Source: Bacilli bacterium
Lineage (GTDB): Bacteria; Bacillota_I; Bacilli_A; RFN20; CAG-826
Length of the DNA: 60,106 nucleotides
Direction of reading: 5' to 3'
Assembly (NCBI GenBank): GCA_016298185.1
Contig: JAEDDA010000003.1
Span: 1-60,106, forward strand
How positions within the stretch are numbered: the stretch's first letter is position 1; every line of letters begins with the position of its first letter. The notes beneath the pieces were generated by a model. That model was given only the letters and a program-made list of their open reading frames with translations. It had not been told where the DNA came from and searched no databases. Made by a program: the position numbers and the translations under genes. Positions 35,840 through 44,714 of the stretch are shown here, piece by piece.

Positions 35840-38473
35840 ATGAAAAAAAGACTCTTGCTATTAGCCGTTTTACTAGGCCTAACAACTGCATGTCAAACGA
35901 CAAGCAACAAAATAACCCCCAATGAAGTCATTGATATCAATGAATACTCCGATACCAAGACTGGGGTATTGGGTGATTTCCATTTAGTGGGTCCAGCGAA
36001 TAACGCAATCGTTGAACAAGCTAATGAATTTGAATGGGAAGCTTCCGCGAATGCAGAAAAATATTCATTAGAAATTTCTTCTAGTCCATATTTCATTTCT
36101 GATCTTGATTCCGTTGACTATTACATTGCAAAAAACATTTACGCGACAAGTTACAAAATCAATTCCGAATTCGCATTTAAAGATACAACTTATTACTGGA
36201 GAGTATTTGCCTTTAATCAAACAGGTTCTAAAGAATCCCTAGAAACATTCTCATTCTTTATTAAAGCTCCAGTGGTGGATGAAGTTCATTTTGATTTAGG
36301 TGAAGCTGATGACTGGACACTCCATCCACAAGGCTCTTATGCCGATATTACAATCGATAATAATAACTTCTTCAAAAATGGTGAGAAATCACTAAAGATG
36401 CAATTTAAGAAAGAAGATACCAACCAAGGAAAACCTGAATCCGATGGTTGGATTATCGCTACAAAGACAATTGAAAAGAGCATCTATGGTACAGACGCTT
36501 TGTATTTCAATATGTATTACTCTGGTCAACAAGCGGATGTCGTTATCCGTTTAATCGACCGTGATAACGAATTCTGGTATTGCCCAGCGTTAATTTCTAA
36601 TAACGCGAAGCAAACAGTCATCTTAAAGTTCTCTGAATTCAAACAAAGAACCGGTGATGTAACCGTGGCGAATATGGAATTCGATTATGAAAGAATTAAA
36701 TATTTAGAAATCGTCTTTGAGAGAACATTCGGTGATGGTGTATTCCTTCTTTCTGGAATGAAAGCCATTAAGTTCTCCAATTATGGCGAATTCTTCATTG
36801 ATACACTTCATTTCACTGAATATTCACAAAGTCAATTAACATATGAAAACTATCAATACGACACAACCTTTAATGATACCGAACTTATTCTTAATCATTA
36901 CGGTACAAAGACTGAAAAACATGAAAAGATTAACGGCTATGGTTTCTTAAAAGTTAATGTTAATCGTTACTTTGTAACAGGTGATGCGATTAGAATAAAA
37001 GTGAAGAAGACTGGTGCAAACGGTACAAATGTCATTATTAGACTTTATGAAGAAGACACTGATAGATGGTCTTATAAATTCCCATACAGTGTTTTAACAG
37101 AAGAATACCAAGAATTAGTCATCCCATATGGTGCCTTTGCGGCAAGTTCATTAATGGGTGACGGTAGAAGACAATTCTATATGGTCTTGAACTTACAATT
37201 TGGTTGTGAAGGTCAATATGGAACAGGTTCTATCTACTTTAAAGATTTTGAAATCGTCAAGATGGCGGAAGTAGCTCCAACCACTGCAAAAGTCATTGGC
37301 AACGATGGCTTAATAGATGATTTCGATAACTACAAATTCGCATCTGATATCTTCCATGTCTGGGGACATAGTGAAGTTAATAAAGATGAATACATGGTCA
37401 AAAATACCACGATCAAATTTGGTGGTTCAAACAATAAAGCAAGCTGTCAATTTGAATATAAATCCGATATGGAACCAGCTATGTACTGGACAGAAATCGA
37501 TGCATCTCAAGCTGATGAATTCGATGGTTTCTCTATTTGGATGAAAGACGGTTCCGTTAAACCAAACGAAACAAAAGTTAATCACGTCACTAACTGGTCA
37601 CCAAAAGTGAGATTGATGATCCAATTAAAGACTAATGAAATTTATGAATATATGATTGATCCACTTCCAACAATGTGGAATGAATTCAATGTCAACTTTT
37701 CGGATTTCCATGTTCCTGGCAGCGGAGAATATAATCTCATAACAAACGAAAGAATTAGTCGTGTTGGCTTTGCCTTCCAATACTTCTATTATCGCGAAGA
37801 TGGAGTTACCCCATTACCAATGTATACAATAAGCAACCCAGTCTATGTTGATAACGTGAGATTAACAAGAAATACCACAACTGGTGTGGTCACTAAAGAT
37901 AGAGTTATCACTATGTCAGAAGATGGCATTTCTGAATTTGATAATTTCGAAAGTTATAATAACACCTCAGATGTCCGCGATATGTGGTCGGATGGTAGGG
38001 ATTATGACTATCAAAACATTGAATTATCCAATGATACAAGTAACCAAGGTGATAGTCACTCAATGGCACTTCAATATCAAAGCCAAAGCGCATCTGTTTC
38101 TTATGTCTTAGCGCCTTATGTCGATAAGAATGTTAGAGCTAGAGCAGTAGTCTTAGATCTTAAGAGTGATAAACCTGCAACAGTATATTTCAATGTTTAT
38201 TTATCAATCAGTGGTAGCATTGTTCAATATCGTACGACAATTACCGTTTCTAGTGTATGGACAAGATATGTAATTGGCTTTAGCCAGTTCAATAATGAAA
38301 GTTCAACAGGAAGAAGCTTTGTCGATTCCGATATGCAATTTATCCAACGTATAACTTTTGGTGCCGTCTATTTCGGTGAATCAGGTCATAACAATCATAC
38401 TTTGTTAGTAGATAACATCAATTTTGATAACAACAGGAAATATACTGCTTGGGAATCAACCGTACTTAGCTAG
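35840..38473 (+). CDS. large modular surface lipoprotein (877 aa), putative multi-CBM glycan-binding protein
   Basis: Lipobox LTTAC. N-terminal Fn3-like module (EFEWEASANAEKYSLEIS...YYWRVFAFN). At least four beta-sandwich-like modules, of which the last two begin IDDFDNY / ISEFDNFESY and end VYVDNVRLT / LLVDNINFD. Confidence 0.75.
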   Translation: MKKRLLLLAVLLGLTTACQTTSNKITPNEVIDINEYSDTKTGVLGDFHLVGPANNAIVEQANEFEWEASANAEKYSLEISSSPYFISDLDSVDYYIAKNIYATSYKINSEFAFKDTTYYWRVFAFNQTGSKESLETFSFFIKAPVVDEVHFDLGEADDWTLHPQGSYADITIDNNNFFKNGEKSLKMQFKKEDTNQGKPESDGWIIATKTIEKSIYGTDALYFNMYYSGQQADVVIRLIDRDNEFWYCPALISNNAKQTVILKFSEFKQRTGDVTVANMEFDYERIKYLEIVFERTFGDGVFLLSGMKAIKFSNYGEFFIDTLHFTEYSQSQLTYENYQYDTTFNDTELILNHYGTKTEKHEKINGYGFLKVNVNRYFVTGDAIRIKVKKTGANGTNVIIRLYEEDTDRWSYKFPYSVLTEEYQELVIPYGAFAASSLMGDGRRQFYMVLNLQFGCEGQYGTGSIYFKDFEIVKMAEVAPTTAKVIGNDGLIDDFDNYKFASDIFHVWGHSEVNKDEYMVKNTTIKFGGSNNKASCQFEYKSDMEPAMYWTEIDASQADEFDGFSIWMKDGSVKPNETKVNHVTNWSPKVRLMIQLKTNEIYEYMIDPLPTMWNEFNVNFSDFHVPGSGEYNLITNERISRVGFAFQYFYYREDGVTPLPMYTISNPVYVDNVRLTRNTTTGVVTKDRVITMSEDGISEFDNFESYNNTSDVRDMWSDGRDYDYQNIELSNDTSNQGDSHSMALQYQSQSASVSYVLAPYVDKNVRARAVVLDLKSDKPATVYFNVYLSISGSIVQYRTTITVSSVWTRYVIGFSQFNNESSTGRSFVDSDMQFIQRITFGAVYFGESGHNNHTLLVDNINFDNNRKYTAWESTVLS

Positions 38474-38484
38474 AGGTGATGTTT

Positions 38485-39501
38485 ATGAAATTTAAGAAAT
38501 ACGAAAATAATCCAATATTAGTTAAGAACCCCTCTAACAAGTGGGAAGAATTATGCGTCTTAAATCCCGCTGTTATCTTTAACGATGAAGATAAAACATT
38601 CTATATGCTTTATAGAGCCGCAGGTAATGATGCACAACATTATATCTATTTAGGTTTAGCCAAATCTAAAGATGGTATTCATTTTGAAAGACAAAGCGAT
38701 AAACCTCTCATTGCTCCAGATGTGAATGGCGCAGATGGTGGAGGTTGTGAAGATCCACGTTTAGTAAAAATCGATGATTACTTTTTCTTAACATATGCTT
38801 CTAGAGTATTCGCTCCAGGACAATATTGGAGAGAAGATAAGAAATACTTCGGCTTCCAACCAAAAGCGGGTCCAAAAGTTTTGATTTATAACGATACCGA
38901 AACTCACTTAGCAGTCTCTAAAGATTTGGTTAATTGGAAGAAGCTAGGTAGAATTACCGACTCCCGTCATGATGATAGAGATGTCATCATCTTCCCAGAA
39001 AGAGTGAATGGGAAATACGTTAAGATCTCTAGAGCTATGGATAAATGTGGTGAAGGATATAAAAACGCTAAACCAGCGATGTGGATATCTTTCTCTGATG
39101 ATTTATTAGAATGGCCAAGAGAAGAAGAACTCCTATATGAAGGTAAGGAAGATTGGGAAAGTGAAAAAGTCGGTGGTAGCTGTCCTCCAGTTAAAACCGA
39201 TAAAGGATGGTTATTCATCTATCACGGCGTTTCCTCTATTGATAAAAACTATAGAGTGGGAGCGATGCTATTAGATTTAAACGATCCACGCAAAATCTTA
39301 GCAAAAACTAAGGATTTCTTAATGGAACCTGAATTTGATTTTGAAAGTAAAGGTTTCTATGCCGGATGCGTTTTCCCAACTGGAATCGTTGAAGCTAACG
39401 ATGAATATTACATCTATTATGGCGCAGGCGATCAATGTATTTGCTTAGCCACAGTAAATAAAAAAGAACTCCTCGATGAGTTATTAGGAGGTAACAAATA
39501 A
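38485..39501 (+). CDS. glycoside hydrolase family 130 enzyme (second, divergent paralogue)
   Basis: KYENNPIL...WEELCVLNPAVIF..D.TFYMLYRAAG...GCEDPRLVKIDDYFFLTY...YRVGAMLLDLNDP. Start ambiguous among GTG 38476, ATG 38479 and ATG 38485. The last has the best spacing to the AGAGG RBS. Confidence 0.82.
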   Translation: MKFKKYENNPILVKNPSNKWEELCVLNPAVIFNDEDKTFYMLYRAAGNDAQHYIYLGLAKSKDGIHFERQSDKPLIAPDVNGADGGGCEDPRLVKIDDYFFLTYASRVFAPGQYWREDKKYFGFQPKAGPKVLIYNDTETHLAVSKDLVNWKKLGRITDSRHDDRDVIIFPERVNGKYVKISRAMDKCGEGYKNAKPAMWISFSDDLLEWPREEELLYEGKEDWESEKVGGSCPPVKTDKGWLFIYHGVSSIDKNYRVGAMLLDLNDPRKILAKTKDFLMEPEFDFESKGFYAGCVFPTGIVEANDEYYIYYGAGDQCICLATVNKKELLDELLGGNK

Positions 39502-40772
39502 TGAATAAAAAAGCCTTATTAATTTTACCTGCTGTATTACTCTTAAGTGCGTGTAATGAAGTTAAACCAGTCATTCAAGATGACGCACATTACGCGCTAT
39601 ACATGTACAACTATCCTCGTATGGTTATGGAAACTCCAAACGGAATGACTGAAACCGCGGATAGCTACATCTACGAAAAACAAGAAATCGAATTAGGAAA
39701 AAAACTTGTCGCACCCGCAAATGATCCAGAACGTGAGAGTTATGAATTCAAAGGCTGGTATAAAGAAAAGACTTGTGACAACCTTTGGGATTTCGACAAT
39801 GATATCGCGGAACATTCTGTGTTCTTATACGCAAAATGGGGTGTCGCAGAAGGAGAAGAATACGTGGAACCTGAATACACTTATCCAGAAACAATTATTA
39901 CCGATGTAAACTATCGTGTGACAGGCATCTTGAATAGTCCATTAAATAACGATGGTACATCAGTGAACTTAACTACCGCCGCAATCGGTAGATTAAAAGC
40001 TTCTCCAAGTGACGTTTCTTTCGCCGTTAATTACGAAAGAAAACAAGATGTCACATTAACAGTGGCGACATATAATCCTGATACCAAAGTTATCCATTTA
40101 GAAGTTTCTAGTGGTGAAACATGGGATATTAGCGTTATTGATATCACTGCTTCTTTAAGTATTGCTAGTGATAATGCTTATTATGAACAAAAAGCTGTTA
40201 AATATGAAAAGGATATCGATATCGATAACTATCACATCGCTTTAGCTGGTTCTTCCTCAATGGAAAACTGGTCCACAAGTGGTGAGGATATGAATCCAAT
40301 CGTGACATTCAATCATGGTATCGGTGGTACCACAGTGGAACAATGGACAGACAAATTACTCCAAAGATTAGTTTGCCCATATTCTCCAAAAGCAGTCGTC
40401 TTCTATGTTGGTGTTAATAACATCATTAATAACAATAAGAGTGGTCTACAAACCGGTAACGCACTTGTTGATTTATTCAATAAATGTCATGATTTTTTGC
40501 CAAAGACACACATCTTTTATGTTTTAATTAACAAATTACCAAGTTACCCACATTATCAAGCGGACTTTGACCTCGCAAATAAGATGGCAATAGACTATGC
40601 TGCAGAGCATAACTATGTTACTTGCATCGATGCGGGTGTAGGATTATTAAAAGATAATGGTTTGCCAAACTTTGGATATTTCCTTACCGATGGTCTCCAT
40701 ATGTCAAAAGCCGGATACGTTATCTGGGGTAAAGCTGTTAAGGACGCAGTTATTAATTGGTTAGGTAAATAA
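39501..40772 (+). CDS. lipoprotein: Listeria-Bacteroides-type B-repeat plus C-terminal SGNH/GDSL esterase
   Basis: Lipobox LLSAC. YEFKGWYKEKTCDNLWDFDNDIAEHSVFLYAKW resembles the repeat. IALAGSSSMENW (block I), GIGGTT (block II), VGVNNI (block III) and TDGLHMSKAGY (block V DxxH). Confidence 0.7.
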   Translation: MNKKALLILPAVLLLSACNEVKPVIQDDAHYALYMYNYPRMVMETPNGMTETADSYIYEKQEIELGKKLVAPANDPERESYEFKGWYKEKTCDNLWDFDNDIAEHSVFLYAKWGVAEGEEYVEPEYTYPETIITDVNYRVTGILNSPLNNDGTSVNLTTAAIGRLKASPSDVSFAVNYERKQDVTLTVATYNPDTKVIHLEVSSGETWDISVIDITASLSIASDNAYYEQKAVKYEKDIDIDNYHIALAGSSSMENWSTSGEDMNPIVTFNHGIGGTTVEQWTDKLLQRLVCPYSPKAVVFYVGVNNIINNNKSGLQTGNALVDLFNKCHDFLPKTHIFYVLINKLPSYPHYQADFDLANKMAIDYAAEHNYVTCIDAGVGLLKDNGLPNFGYFLTDGLHMSKAGYVIWGKAVKDAVINWLGK

Positions 40773-41269
40773 TGGAATTAATTAACATCAATAGTTTTAA
40801 GAAAAAAGCAAAGAAGAGATACATTTTGCATCTCATCTTTGTTTCATTATTTTTAACTCTTGCTGTTACAGGATTAATCCTTTCCTTATTATTATCAAAT
40901 TTAGAATATATGCCCAACATGATCATCAATATCGTGTCGTCCGTATTAGTGGCCTTAATTGCTATATTCTATTTCTTTAATATTTTTCCACTTATCAGAC
41001 ATTATTATCGTTTTTTCAAAAACATGAACGAAGTCACTCTTGAGCGTCATCGTCGCAGAGTGTTTGAAGAAGAACTTCCTTCTAAAAACATTAATCTTGT
41101 CAAATATCGTGTTGTCTTATTCTCTTATTCAGAAGGAGAAAAAGAATATAGAGAGAATTTATATGTTCTTGATAACGAGGTGGAATTTAAAAAAGATCAA
41201 CCATATAAAATTGCCACTTATCACAACGTTATCATTAAGTGTGAGGAGATATTAGATGCAAAAGATTAA
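40772..41269 (+). CDS. membrane protein of unknown function (165 aa, 2 TM plus a soluble C-terminal domain)
   Basis: Two hydrophobic helices (aa ~19-41 and ~50-72). TAATG overlap with the esterase gene. No family recognised. Confidence 0.6.
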   Translation: MELININSFKKKAKKRYILHLIFVSLFLTLAVTGLILSLLLSNLEYMPNMIINIVSSVLVALIAIFYFFNIFPLIRHYYRFFKNMNEVTLERHRRRVFEEELPSKNINLVKYRVVLFSYSEGEKEYRENLYVLDNEVEFKKDQPYKIATYHNVIIKCEEILDAKD

Positions 41270-41843
41270 TAAATCCACACTTAGTGGTACCTTATATCAC
41301 ACTTGGTATATCTATGCTGTCGCAGCAGGACTTCTTACTCTTTTATGGTTATGGGCATTTATGGCCTATCACCAGCCAAAGGCACATGAAAAATTAGAAA
41401 TCTATTTTTCAGAAAACTTGACTAGTGAAAAGTTTCTCAAAGATATTCATAACAGATATGACAAGAAAGATTTAAGAGAAGTCACCCCTATTTACGGAAA
41501 TAATGTCTCAAAGCTTAAGATTGGTCTTAATAACGCGGATATGTTTATTTTCGCAAAAGCTAACGTGGAATCTTTACCAAGTGATTACTACACACCTATT
41601 AATTCTTATATCCAAGAAAAACTTGGTGTTGAGGATAATAAAATTTTAAACGGGAAAGGCGTTTTATTAAGACAATATGGAACCCCACATTATCTCGATA
41701 ATTATATCGAATTCGAAAATATGGATTACTATATCGTCTTCTCAAGTAAAAGCCAAAATCTCGGAGCGGCGATTAAAGAAGATAACGCCCCACATGATCA
41801 CGCCTTGACCTTTGCTAAATATTTAATCGAGGGTATCGAATGA
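41256..41843 (+). CDS. membrane-anchored protein of unknown function (195 aa, 1 TM)
   Basis: Single N-terminal TM helix (YIYAVAAGLLTLLWLWAFMAY). GAGGAG RBS. 14-nt overlap upstream and ATGA overlap downstream. Confidence 0.6.
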   Translation: MQKINKSTLSGTLYHTWYIYAVAAGLLTLLWLWAFMAYHQPKAHEKLEIYFSENLTSEKFLKDIHNRYDKKDLREVTPIYGNNVSKLKIGLNNADMFIFAKANVESLPSDYYTPINSYIQEKLGVEDNKILNGKGVLLRQYGTPHYLDNYIEFENMDYYIVFSSKSQNLGAAIKEDNAPHDHALTFAKYLIEGIE

Positions 41844-42682
41844 GAAAAGAAAAAATTAGACCCGACGATTATTCACAAAGGGAAAGACCAAAAACCAGAT
41901 TAAAGCAGTTCTTCGATATCTTCGCTCATCGCTTCTTAGAACTACTTAAACTCTCATTACTTCAAACGGTGTTCAATATGCCGTTACTAATAACAATATT
42001 CCTATTCTGGATGTTGTTACAAAATTCCAGTACTGAACAAGCAGTGATGGCAGTATTCCTAATTCAAGGAGCAACATTAGTATTGTGCTTGCCATTCTCG
42101 TTTGTTGGATTAACTGGTTCCTTCTACGCAATTAAGAAATTAATCTATGCGGAAGGAGAATTCGCTTCTTCTTCATTCTTCTACGGACTTAAAGAAGAAT
42201 GGAAAAAAGGACTAGTTATAGGCTTAATAGCGGGCTTCAGCGCTGCTATTGCGGTAATCGGTGTTTACTTCTTCATCTTCTCAACATATGACCTATTTAC
42301 ATGGGTGAGAGGATTTGGAATCGCGATTATAGTGATCCAATTAATCGTCGTATTAATAATTTGCTATTATTCAGTCGCGCAGAGCATTGTCTATACCAAT
42401 AAGATAAGTTCTATATTAAAGAATTCGTTCCTCATGTCACTTATGAGGTTCCCTATTAACTTAGGGTTATTAATTCTTTATCCCACAGGATTTATCGCAC
42501 TGATATGTATCATGCCTATTACGATGTATGTCGGATTAGGACTCATGGTATTCACATCAGCATTTGGACATCTTGTGTGGATGCTAAATGCAGTAAGCGC
42601 ATTCGACAAATTTATCAATAAAGAACAATTTCCCGATTATTATCGCAAAGGTTTATTTAAGGAAGAAACTAAGGAGGAATAA
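41840..42682 (+). CDS. YesL-like (DUF624) integral membrane protein
   Basis: 280 aa, about 6 TM helices. The N-terminal pattern and ...SFFYGLKEEWKKG... resemble DUF624 proteins that accompany sugar ABC systems. Confidence 0.6.
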   Translation: MRKEKIRPDDYSQRERPKTRLKQFFDIFAHRFLELLKLSLLQTVFNMPLLITIFLFWMLLQNSSTEQAVMAVFLIQGATLVLCLPFSFVGLTGSFYAIKKLIYAEGEFASSSFFYGLKEEWKKGLVIGLIAGFSAAIAVIGVYFFIFSTYDLFTWVRGFGIAIIVIQLIVVLIICYYSVAQSIVYTNKISSILKNSFLMSLMRFPINLGLLILYPTGFIALICIMPITMYVGLGLMVFTSAFGHLVWMLNAVSAFDKFINKEQFPDYYRKGLFKEETKEE

Positions 42683-42684
42683 TT

Positions 42685-44598
42685 ATGGCGGGCTTAGAAT
42701 TCAAACACATGTATAAGGTGTATTCAGGTGGAGTACGTGCGGTTAACGACTTCAATCTAGAAATCAAAGACAAATCATTCGTCGTTTTAGTTGGCCCATC
42801 TGGATGTGGAAAATCCACAACATTAAGAATGGTCGCAGGCTTAGAATCAATTACATCTGGTCAATTATATATTGATGATGTTTTGGTCAACGATGTTGAA
42901 AGTAAAAATAGAGATATCGCAATGGTGTTCCAATCCTATGCGTTATATCCACATATGACCGTCTATCAAAACATGGGTTTTGGCTTAAAACTTAGACATG
43001 TTAAACCTGATGTTATTAAAGAAAAAGTTCTTGCCGCAGCGGAAATCTTAGAAATTTCTGACTTATTAGATAGAAAACCAAAAGAATTATCCGGTGGTCA
43101 AAGACAACGTGTTGCTTTAGGTAGAGCCATTGTTCGTGAACCAAATGTCTTCCTTCTTGATGAGCCGTTATCTAATTTAGACGCGAAACTTCGTGTACAA
43201 ATGAGAACCGAAATCACAAAGTTACACGAAAAGTTACAAACAACATTTATCTATGTTACCCATGACCAAACAGAAGCTATGACAATGGGTGATGTCATTG
43301 TTGTTATGAACAAAGGTTTCATCCAACAAGCGGATGCACCTGTTACATTATTCGAAGATCCAGCGAACTTATTCGTCGCGACATTCTTAGGCAGCCCACA
43401 GATGAACATCATAAAATCATCCTTAAAAGTGGATGGCAAGAAAATCGGTGTGGTCTTAGAAGATGTAGAGAATAACGTTGTTTGGTTAAGAGAAGAAACC
43501 GTTAAACAACTCGTTAATTCCGAAATTGATTTAAATAAGAAATATTTATTTGGTATTAGACCAGATCATATTAGCATCGCTGATAAAGGTATTCCTGCAC
43601 ACGTTGAAGTCGTGGAACAACTTGGGGATGAAACAATCGTCTATGCGAAGATTGAAGGACACGATAAGAATATCGTTATTAAGGCTCCATTATTAAACAA
43701 TATCAAATCTCAAGATGATATTTTCCTTAACTTCTCTAATGAAAGAGTTTATTTATTCGATGAAGTGACAGAACATTCATTGATTGGTATGCCATCTTTC
43801 TCTAAACTTCCATGTGAAGTGAATAGAAATGGTGAAATCAAATTAGGAAAAGAAACCATTAAAGTTGATGAAGAATATTTATCTCACATAATGGATTTTG
43901 CATACGAAGGTTCCAATTTCTTAGCTATCAAACCAGAACACGTCTTATTAGAAGAACAAGCTGGTTCCGTCCCACTTAAAGTCAAAGTGGACTTCATTGA
44001 AGAAAGAACCGCTTATAATATCGTTTATGCAGTGGTAGAAGGAATTAGTCAATATTTGATCTTCCGTGCCTCTAAAGAGAGAAAAATTAAGAAAAACGAT
44101 AACCTAACAGTCTATTTACCACTTGATAATATGCTTATCTTTGATAATAGAGACAATAATTTATTTGTTAGAGAAGTGGTTTATCCAAATAAAGCTATCG
44201 CAAAAGTGACCACACTTAAGAATGGTAAAAAAGAAGTTAACATCTCTAGAGGCGAAAAACTTGTTTATGACAATCTCCCATATGAAGATGGCGAATATCA
44301 ATTTGTCCTAAAACAAGATAAAGCGGAAGTAGTGTTTGATAAGAAAACCGCAAAAGGAATCATAGACAAGGATGTCATTACATCCGCGCCAAAAGGTCAA
44401 TTCTTATCAGTCAGCTGTTATGATGAAGAACCGCAAAAGGATATTAACTACATTTATGCCCAAATCAAAGGCTTTGATGAATATGTCACTTTGGTGGCTA
44501 AGAACAACTTCTCCGTTTACAAGATGCCCAAATTCAAAATAGTAGTTCCTGTAGATGGATTTGAATTATTACCTTTAGGTAAACTAAATAACAAATAA
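42685..44598 (+). CDS. MsmK/MalK/UgpC-type sugar ABC ATPase with a ~270-aa C-terminal extension
   Basis: Walker A GPSGCGKST, Q-loop, LSGGQRQR, FLLDEPLSNLD, VTHDQ, and a first regulatory domain ending near aa 365 (ERVYLFDE). It then continues to aa 637. Confidence 0.9.
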   Translation: MAGLEFKHMYKVYSGGVRAVNDFNLEIKDKSFVVLVGPSGCGKSTTLRMVAGLESITSGQLYIDDVLVNDVESKNRDIAMVFQSYALYPHMTVYQNMGFGLKLRHVKPDVIKEKVLAAAEILEISDLLDRKPKELSGGQRQRVALGRAIVREPNVFLLDEPLSNLDAKLRVQMRTEITKLHEKLQTTFIYVTHDQTEAMTMGDVIVVMNKGFIQQADAPVTLFEDPANLFVATFLGSPQMNIIKSSLKVDGKKIGVVLEDVENNVVWLREETVKQLVNSEIDLNKKYLFGIRPDHISIADKGIPAHVEVVEQLGDETIVYAKIEGHDKNIVIKAPLLNNIKSQDDIFLNFSNERVYLFDEVTEHSLIGMPSFSKLPCEVNRNGEIKLGKETIKVDEEYLSHIMDFAYEGSNFLAIKPEHVLLEEQAGSVPLKVKVDFIEERTAYNIVYAVVEGISQYLIFRASKERKIKKNDNLTVYLPLDNMLIFDNRDNNLFVREVVYPNKAIAKVTTLKNGKKEVNISRGEKLVYDNLPYEDGEYQFVLKQDKAEVVFDKKTAKGIIDKDVITSAPKGQFLSVSCYDEEPQKDINYIYAQIKGFDEYVTLVAKNNFSVYKMPKFKIVVPVDGFELLPLGKLNNK

Positions 44599-44714
44599 AT
44601 AAACATAAACATATAAATATATTATTAATATAAAACATCAAAAATTTTAGATATTGTCACATTTTTGAAAAATTGAAAAACAACGACGCCAATAATTTGG
44701 TAGTATAAACTGGT

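Noticed and set aside
44599-44714. A promoter for manA (TTGAAA at 44673, TATAAA at 44704).
   Set aside because: The spacer is about 25 nt, too long for a sigma-70 promoter. No alternative pair with proper spacing was found, so no promoter is reported.
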